Shown here in pieces: positions 57,938 through 64,000 of a stretch of 64,000 nucleotides of DNA (its first letter is position 1; each line of letters begins with the position of its first letter). The stretch comes from Nitrospira sp. (GTDB taxonomy: Bacteria; Nitrospirota; Nitrospiria; Nitrospirales; Nitrospiraceae). Under the pieces are notes generated by a model. The model was not told the origin of the DNA. It did not search any database and saw nothing but the letters and a program-made list of their open reading frames with translations. The position numbers were made by a program, and so were the translations under genes. The stretch spans positions 3,424,001 to 3,488,000 of the forward strand of contig AP038806.1 of assembly GCA_047150005.1 (NCBI GenBank). The letters are read 5' to 3'.

Positions 57938-58474
57938 ATGCATTGCATTTTGTTTCGTCACGGCATCGCGATTGATCGGGAGGAATGGGAAGGACCGGAT
58001 GAGGATCGTCCCTTGACGGATCGAGGAGCGAAGCGGGTGGCTCAGGTGGCGGAGGGGTTCAGATGGCTCGAGCTGCAGCCGACGCATGTGATCTCCAGCC
58101 CGCTGCTGCGCGCTATCGAGACGGCGAAGATTCTCCAGGATGCCCATCGAGTCCGGTCCGCCGTGCAGATCGCCGATGAGTTGCTGCCGGATGCTTCTCC
58201 AGATCTTCTGCTGACCAGGCTGTCTGAGCTGCCGCCGGAATCCTGCGTGTTCTGCGTCGGTCATGAACCCCATCTGGGGCTGGCGGCGTCGCTGATGCTG
58301 GCCGGCAAGCCGTTGATGGGATTTCCGTTCAAGAAGGCCGGCGCCTGTCTCATTGAGATCGCGATGCCGCTCAAGTCGGGCCGGGGCATCCTGCGCTGGT
58401 GGATGGAGCCGAGCCACCTGCGCGGGCTCGGCAGAAAGAAGCGCAAAGGCGACAAACTACCGCTGAAGACTTAA
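57938..58474 (+). CDS. sixA: Phosphohistidine phosphatase SixA
   Basis: RHGIA, DRPLT, SSPLLRA.ETA, VGHEP. Confidence 0.92.
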   Translation: MHCILFRHGIAIDREEWEGPDEDRPLTDRGAKRVAQVAEGFRWLELQPTHVISSPLLRAIETAKILQDAHRVRSAVQIADELLPDASPDLLLTRLSELPPESCVFCVGHEPHLGLAASLMLAGKPLMGFPFKKAGACLIEIAMPLKSGRGILRWWMEPSHLRGLGRKKRKGDKLPLKT

Positions 58475-59220
58475 GACTTGGGCAGCGCAGGTTCTTCCAT
58501 GATCGGAGCGGGCGTCGTGGTGCGGGCCAGGCCTCCCTGCGTCAACAGCTGCTGAATCTTGCTTCGTAACTCGTCCTGAATCTCCTCCGGCGACTTTCTG
58601 GCATCCACCACTTCGAACTTGAACTCCTCCGCCATCTTGTCGAATTCTTCGATGAGCAACGATTGGTATTTCTTGAAGCTGTCGTAGAGGTCGGCGCCCA
58701 GTCTGAGATCCATGCCGGATTCCCAGTAGTTCATCGCCTTGGTCTCGATCACACGCAAGACCAATGTCTCCACATCGATGCGGAGATAACAGACGAGGTC
58801 CGGGACGAGCGCGAAGCCGAAGACGTCCCGGATCCACTTGCGGTCGTTGCTGCGGACGAAGTCGCGCGCGAAGGCCGTAAAGATATAGCGGTCCGCCAGG
58901 ACGATGAAGCCGGATCGGAGCGCCGGAATGATCTGGTGCTCCAGCCGATCGGCGAAGTCGGTCGCATAGAGCAGGCTCAGCGACCAGCGATCGATGATGT
59001 TGCCTTCCTTGGCGACCTCGATCGTCTTGGACATGAGGTTCGACCTGGTCCAGCCGGTGGTGATGACCCCATAGCCCTGCACTTCGAGCCATTCCTGCAA
59101 CATCTCGATGTGCGTGGAGCGGCCAACCCCGTCCGTGCCCTCGATGGCGATCAGTTTGCCTTTGAGGTCACTCGGATTTAGGTACGTCAAACCGTCGCCA
59201 AAATAGTGAGCGTCGACCAT
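58471..59220 (-). CDS. Thymidylate-kinase-like protein with degenerate P-loop
   Basis: IEGTDGVGRST, LADRY. Confidence 0.85.
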   Translation of the reverse strand: MVDAHYFGDGLTYLNPSDLKGKLIAIEGTDGVGRSTHIEMLQEWLEVQGYGVITTGWTRSNLMSKTIEVAKEGNIIDRWSLSLLYATDFADRLEHQIIPALRSGFIVLADRYIFTAFARDFVRSNDRKWIRDVFGFALVPDLVCYLRIDVETLVLRVIETKAMNYWESGMDLRLGADLYDSFKKYQSLLIEEFDKMAEEFKFEVVDARKSPEEIQDELRSKIQQLLTQGGLARTTTPAPIMEEPALPKS

Positions 59221-59917
59221 GGGTCCCCCGTCTCGGTTTGTAATCTTTCAACGCTTCGTCCACCAGGGCCCGCATGCCGTCCTGCTGGGCGGCAATGTCT
59301 TTCGTCGCATCCATCGGAATGAGCTGATATTCATCCACGATCTTGTCGTACTGCGCCAGGATCCGTGACTGAAAAATGCGGAAGCTTTCGGTCACGTCCT
59401 GACTCAGGTTCATGTCCATGCCGGCCTCGTAGTACTTGAACTGGCCGCGCGTGCCGCCGAGCAGGCGTGAAATCGCGACCTCGATCGGCACTTTGAAATA
59501 GAAGGCCATGTCCGGCCGGATCGCGAAGCTGTAGAGCTTGCGCACCCATTCGGGGGAGACGCCGCGCACCACGTCGCGCGCGAAGGCGGTGTACATGTAG
59601 CGGTCGGCCAGCACCAGCATGCCGGCTTTGAGCGGCGGCAGGATTTCATGGTAGAGGCGGCTCGCGAAATCGGTCGCATGCAGTAAGCTGAAGGTGGTGG
59701 GCGTGAGGCTCTTGTTCTTCTTGCCGCGCTTGGTCGTGTCCTTGACCAGGTTCGAGGAATTCCATTCGGTGAAGAAGACTTTGTGCCCCCTGGATTCGAG
59801 CCATTTGTGGAGCAACAAGAGCTGCGTGCTCTTGCCGGATCCGTCGATCCCCTCGACGATAATCAGCTTGCCGGGATAGGGATGCGGGGCGTTGGAAGGC
59901 GCGGTCTGATCGGTCAT
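59168..59917 (-). CDS. Thymidylate-kinase-like protein
   Basis: VEGIDGSGKST, LADRY. Confidence 0.88.
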   Translation of the reverse strand: MTDQTAPSNAPHPYPGKLIIVEGIDGSGKSTQLLLLHKWLESRGHKVFFTEWNSSNLVKDTTKRGKKNKSLTPTTFSLLHATDFASRLYHEILPPLKAGMLVLADRYMYTAFARDVVRGVSPEWVRKLYSFAIRPDMAFYFKVPIEVAISRLLGGTRGQFKYYEAGMDMNLSQDVTESFRIFQSRILAQYDKIVDEYQLIPMDATKDIAAQQDGMRALVDEALKDYKPRRGTHGRRSLFWRRFDVPKSE

Positions 59918-61464
59918 GCGTTGTCCTCTTGTGCCGAGAGAATGAAGCGGACCCGTCTACGGAAGACGCGTTCGAACAGGTCGGCGCGGCCTCGCGCCGC
60001 CCAGGCTTCCAATTCCGCGTCGCCCGTGACGTGGGCGGTGATGGCGACGGTATGGCCGAGTCTGACGTCCACGGAGCGCACGACGGAAAACCGCGTGCGG
60101 TCGAGCGCGTCCGCAATCCGGAGCAGCGAGGCCAGAATGCGCACGGTGCGTTGACGTTTCGCCGGCAGGGCCTCGTACCCCTCGTGTTTGGTCTGCGGCA
60201 AGGCGCGCCGGTGATAGCGCGCCACGTTGGCGATGATCTGCAGCTCATCGGCCGAGAGGCCGCCCAAGCCGCTGTGGGTAATCAGATAGTAGGCATGCTT
60301 GTGATGCTGGCGCTCGTTGATGAGGTAGCCCACGTCGTGGAGAATGGCGGCGTACTCCAGCCAGTCCCGCTCGGCCTGGCCGAGCCCGTGCAATCGCTTG
60401 GTCTGGTCGAACAGACGCAACGCCAGGCCGGCGACGTGCAGACTGTGCGCTTCGGGAGCCTGACAGCGGCGGGCAAACGCCATGACGTTTCGCCGGCGCA
60501 GATCGGGAATCTCCGCTTCCGCTTTGAGCCGTTCCTTGTGACGGACGACGAAATCGTAGATGACGCCTTCGCGGATGGCTTTGTCGCAGAGCACCATCTC
60601 GTCGCGTTCCGTGAGTTCCATCACGCGGCGCAGCACGATGGCGGCGGGAAACAGCGTGTCCACCCGCTTGCTGTCCAGGCCTGCAATGGTCAGTCGCTCC
60701 TTGATGGTCGAGCGCCGAAGCTCCTGCTCGATTTCCTTGATGTCCTTGAGGCTGACCGTGGCGAGGTTGAGCTGAGGCAGCGGCCGTCCGGTCTTTTTCA
60801 GATGAATGACTTCGGCGAGATTGCCGGCCATACCGGAGGTGGCGATGAAGGAGTCGAATCGCTTGGTCTTGAACGAATCCAGCGCCCCCTTCAATCGCTC
60901 GGTGACCACATCTTCGAGTGCGCGCAGCATGCCCTCCGAAGGCGGCGTGCGTTTCAAAAATTGGTCGGCGAGTCTGATGGCGCCAAGCTTGAGGCTCTTC
61001 ACATGCAGCAGTTGGTCACGGTTGCCCACCATGAGTTCCACTGAACCGCCGCCCACATCGACCGCCAGCACAGGCTGCTCGCCCATGGGCACACTGTTCT
61101 TTACGGCAAAGAAAATCAGGCGGGCTTCTTCGTTTCCGGATACGACCCTGATCGTGAGCCGAAGCTGCTCCGTGACCAGATCGATGAAATCGCCGCCGTT
61201 CTTGGCTTCGCGCACGGCGCTGGTGGCCACGGCCACGATGCGATCATAGCCCTTGTTCCGAGCGAGGGTGACGAGCTGGCGCAGGACCTCCAGTCCACGG
61301 GCGATGGCCTCATCGGAGAGCCGCTGCGATTCGAACATTCCGTCGCCCAGCCGGGCCATGTTCTTGAAACGGTCAACAATCTTGTAGTTTCCGTCGGGTT
61401 GAACCTCAGCCAGTACCATGTGGATGGAATTGGTTCCGATATCGATAACGGCCAGTTTGGTCAT
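59914..61464 (-). CDS. ppx: Ppx/GppA exopolyphosphatase with HD domain
   Basis: IDIGTNS, ATSAVREA.N, EEARL, DVGGGSVE, LHDVG. Confidence 0.95.
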   Translation of the reverse strand: MTKLAVIDIGTNSIHMVLAEVQPDGNYKIVDRFKNMARLGDGMFESQRLSDEAIARGLEVLRQLVTLARNKGYDRIVAVATSAVREAKNGGDFIDLVTEQLRLTIRVVSGNEEARLIFFAVKNSVPMGEQPVLAVDVGGGSVELMVGNRDQLLHVKSLKLGAIRLADQFLKRTPPSEGMLRALEDVVTERLKGALDSFKTKRFDSFIATSGMAGNLAEVIHLKKTGRPLPQLNLATVSLKDIKEIEQELRRSTIKERLTIAGLDSKRVDTLFPAAIVLRRVMELTERDEMVLCDKAIREGVIYDFVVRHKERLKAEAEIPDLRRRNVMAFARRCQAPEAHSLHVAGLALRLFDQTKRLHGLGQAERDWLEYAAILHDVGYLINERQHHKHAYYLITHSGLGGLSADELQIIANVARYHRRALPQTKHEGYEALPAKRQRTVRILASLLRIADALDRTRFSVVRSVDVRLGHTVAITAHVTGDAELEAWAARGRADLFERVFRRRVRFILSAQEDNA

Positions 61465-61606
61465 GAATCAGGACTGCAAAATCAATAGGTTGGAGTTGAA
61501 AGTGCTCACCAGGCCCTGTATAGAATCGGTAAAGGTTAAAACGGACGATAAAGAATGAGCGGAGGCCTGTCAAGGCCGTGATTGATTAAATTATTGTGAT
61601 ATTTCC

Positions 61607-62506
61607 ATGACTTTGAGGAGAAATCCCAGGGGACTGCAGCCTCCGCCTCGATTCATCGTCGTCACCGGTGCCTCGACCGGGATCGGTGCAGCCTGCGCCT
61701 TGTCCTGCGCCAGCCACGCTATGACCGTCTTCGCCGGCGTGCGGTCCCGGGAAGCCGGCGAGGCATTGCGTCAGCAGGGAGGAGAGCGCCTCATCCCGAT
61801 TCCACTCGATGTCACCGACCCGGAATCGATCCGGCAAGCGGAAACGGTCGTGCGTGAAACCGTGGGCCTGGCAGGCGTGAGCGGCCTGGTGAATAACGCC
61901 GGCATCGCCGTCGGCAGCCCGTTGGAGGTCATTCCGATCGATGCCCTGCGGAGACAGCTCGAGGTGAACGTGATCGGGCAGGTTCTGATCACACAGGCGT
62001 TCCTGCCGTTGATCCGACTCGCGCGCGGCCGGATCGTCAACATGGGCTCCATCGCGGGACGCGGGACGATCCCGGTCATGGGACCCTATTCAGCCTCGAA
62101 ACATGCCCTGGAGGCGTTGACGGATGCGCTGAGGTTGGAGCTCCAGCCCTGGGGACTTCATGTGTCGATCATCGAACCAGGTGCCGTTGCGACGCCGATC
62201 TGGGAGAAGTCGACGAAGGTCGGCGACGAGATCGCTGCATCGGCAGGCCCGGCCGCGCTGGCTCTCTACGGAGAGCTGGTGGCGCGGGTCAAGGACAGGG
62301 TCGCTCAATCGGCGAGGAGGGCGATCTCACCGGACGTCGTGGCACACATGGTGCTTCATGCCCTGACCGCGACGAAACCGAAAACCCGATATCTGGTGGG
62401 GTCCGACGCAAAAATCCGGGCCCTGATGCTCCGGTGGCTTCCCGATCGGGCGCATGACTGGATTTTGACGAAGGTTCTGGCGCTCCCGGGGTGGAATACT
62501 AAATAG
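61607..62506 (+). CDS. SDR-family oxidoreductase
   Basis: TGASTGIG, NNAG, YSASK. Confidence 0.93.
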   Translation: MTLRRNPRGLQPPPRFIVVTGASTGIGAACALSCASHAMTVFAGVRSREAGEALRQQGGERLIPIPLDVTDPESIRQAETVVRETVGLAGVSGLVNNAGIAVGSPLEVIPIDALRRQLEVNVIGQVLITQAFLPLIRLARGRIVNMGSIAGRGTIPVMGPYSASKHALEALTDALRLELQPWGLHVSIIEPGAVATPIWEKSTKVGDEIAASAGPAALALYGELVARVKDRVAQSARRAISPDVVAHMVLHALTATKPKTRYLVGSDAKIRALMLRWLPDRAHDWILTKVLALPGWNTK

Positions 62507-62515
62507 AGGAGGGGA

Positions 62516-62606
62516 AAATACGAATCTCGAAATACGAAACTCGAAACCGGAAATGACACGCCGGACCCGAACCACGAAATTCGAATCTCAAGACCCGAAC
62601 CCCGGT
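62516..62606. repeat. Degenerate heptamer tandem repeats (..cgaaa) between convergent genes
   Basis: atacgaa tctcgaa atacgaa actcgaa accggaa ... Confidence 0.55.
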
Positions 62607-62607
62607 C

Positions 62608-63042
62608 TCAGCCGACGAGATCGGGATTGAGACGATTCAACGAGCGGATGGACAGAGCCTTGATCTCGTTGTAGATGATCGTGCGGCCGGCCTGGCGCAG
62701 CCTCGTGAATATGCCTTCGACGATCACTTGATCGCCTTCACGCACTTCCGCTTGACCGAGACCGATCACCTTGACCGTTCCCGCGTGGTCTTTGAGGAGA
62801 AATCCGTAGGCGGGCTGGCCTTGACGATTCGTCGCGAGTTGGACATTGGTGACTTCACCGCTCACAACGACCTCCTGACGGTCGTATTGTTCGGGATGGG
62901 AGATCAAGTCCGCCAGATCCAGTAGGCCGGCTGCGGAGGCTGTCAGTGGAGCGGCAAGAGTTCCCAACAGGAAAACGGCGTACCGGAACCGAGCGATAAG
63001 AGGCCGGGCAGGACGCGGCGAATGCTGTATGACAAATCGCAT
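62608..63042 (-). CDS. Secreted OB-fold protein
   Basis: Signal peptide; VVVSGEV...LKD..GTVKV...EGDQVIVEG.F; GAGGAGG RBS. Confidence 0.75.
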   Translation of the reverse strand: MRFVIQHSPRPARPLIARFRYAVFLLGTLAAPLTASAAGLLDLADLISHPEQYDRQEVVVSGEVTNVQLATNRQGQPAYGFLLKDHAGTVKVIGLGQAEVREGDQVIVEGIFTRLRQAGRTIIYNEIKALSIRSLNRLNPDLVG

Positions 63043-63197
63043 GGTGCCTCCTCAGAATGGCACTACTATACCGTGGCCTTCCCGGTTTGAAAAGCGTTCA
63101 ATTTCCTGTCGTGTTATCTTCTTGATGTGCGCCGGCGCTTACAGGCCGGCTTGAATCGACGAGGATGGACGCAAGGCGTTCGAGCGCGTCGGAGAGG

Positions 63198-63998
63198 CTA
63201 CCACTTACCCCCGCCGTACAGATCGGGATGTTGTTCCCCGAACATGCTCTTGAGCACGTGCTCTCTCATGTCGTTTGCCGGGTCGGTGGATTTCTTCTCG
63301 AGCAGCTTCGTGTCTTCTTCCTGATCGTGGGGTTTGGGGGTGATGCGGGCCAGCAGCGTCTCGTCGATGGATTCCGGTGAGGTGTCCGTGTCGCCCAGAA
63401 TCGCCGCCAGCCGCTGGAGGCCGAAGAGGTTTCTGGTCACTTCCGACAGAACGGCGTTGGAGCTGGCGCCCTGGACGAGCGACAACCAGAACTTGGTTTC
63501 CACGTCCTCGGTGAGGGTTCCTCCCACCAACAACGTCAGCTTTTCGATGAGGTTCGCTTCCGTGCGCTCCAGGCCGTCATAAGTGGAGACCGATCGCTGC
63601 ACGGGCCGTGTGGCCAGCACAGTGAACGTCTCTTTCCACAAATCGATCGGCGGTGGCGCTTGTCCGGTGCCGGTGACCGTTCCCTGCAGCGCGGCCTGCA
63701 GGGCCTGCAGGTACGCCGTCATGTGTTTGACCTTGCGCGCCGCCAGGCTGCCGGCGGGAATGCCCCAGATATGGGCGATTTCATGATCCTGAAGCGGCTG
63801 ATAATCGGCCGACTGGCGTTCGCGAGCCGCCAACGCCAACCGCTTCCGATACCGTTCGGCGAAACGGAGTTGGATTTGCACCTCGATGCCGAGTCTCTGT
63901 TGCTGATAGTCCTCGAGGGGGATCCCCTGCGCCTCCCACCGCTGCTCCAACATGCGGACGGCCGGTCTGTGAACAGCCGTGCGGGCCTGGGATTGCAG
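63198..63998 (-). CDS. Hypothetical protein, 5' end outside the window
   Basis: Frame is open to the window edge. Confidence 0.7.
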   Translation of the reverse strand: MQSQARTAVHRPAVRMLEQRWEAQGIPLEDYQQQRLGIEVQIQLRFAERYRKRLALAARERQSADYQPLQDHEIAHIWGIPAGSLAARKVKHMTAYLQALQAALQGTVTGTGQAPPPIDLWKETFTVLATRPVQRSVSTYDGLERTEANLIEKLTLLVGGTLTEDVETKFWLSLVQGASSNAVLSEVTRNLFGLQRLAAILGDTDTSPESIDETLLARITPKPHDQEEDTKLLEKKSTDPANDMREHVLKSMFGEQHPDLYGGGKW

Positions 63999-64000
63999 GG

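Noticed and set aside
1..64000. tRNA or rRNA genes
   Set aside because: None recognised by eye.

Overview
The window falls into three parts. Gene content and repeat style suggest a Nitrospira-like bacterium (inference). (1) Positions 1-43.5 kb form a plastic island of repeated minus-strand modules: 28-aa membrane peptide, conserved promoter/leader, secreted protease (papain-like plus partner, or S8 subtilase), a lipoprotein with 9 conserved cysteines, then one or more filamentous-hemagglutinin (TpsA-like) genes, five in total. Downstream of the TpsA genes, type II toxin-antitoxin pairs alternate with orphan copies of the TpsA 3' tail. The island also holds IS30, three IS3, IS5, IS481 and MITEs, and one gene carries four IS insertions. 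(2) Positions 43.9-57.9 kb form a putative oxylipin synthesis and sensing operon: FadL, membrane patatin, an alpha-dioxygenase/membrane/lipoxygenase fusion, a di-heme cytochrome c and a V4R-GAF histidine kinase, with a divergent ferritin-like gene. (3) Positions 57.9-64 kb are housekeeping-like: sixA, two tandem dTMP-kinase-like genes, ppx/gppA, an SDR, an OB-fold protein and a truncated hypothetical. All calls come from reading motifs by eye; no database searches were run.
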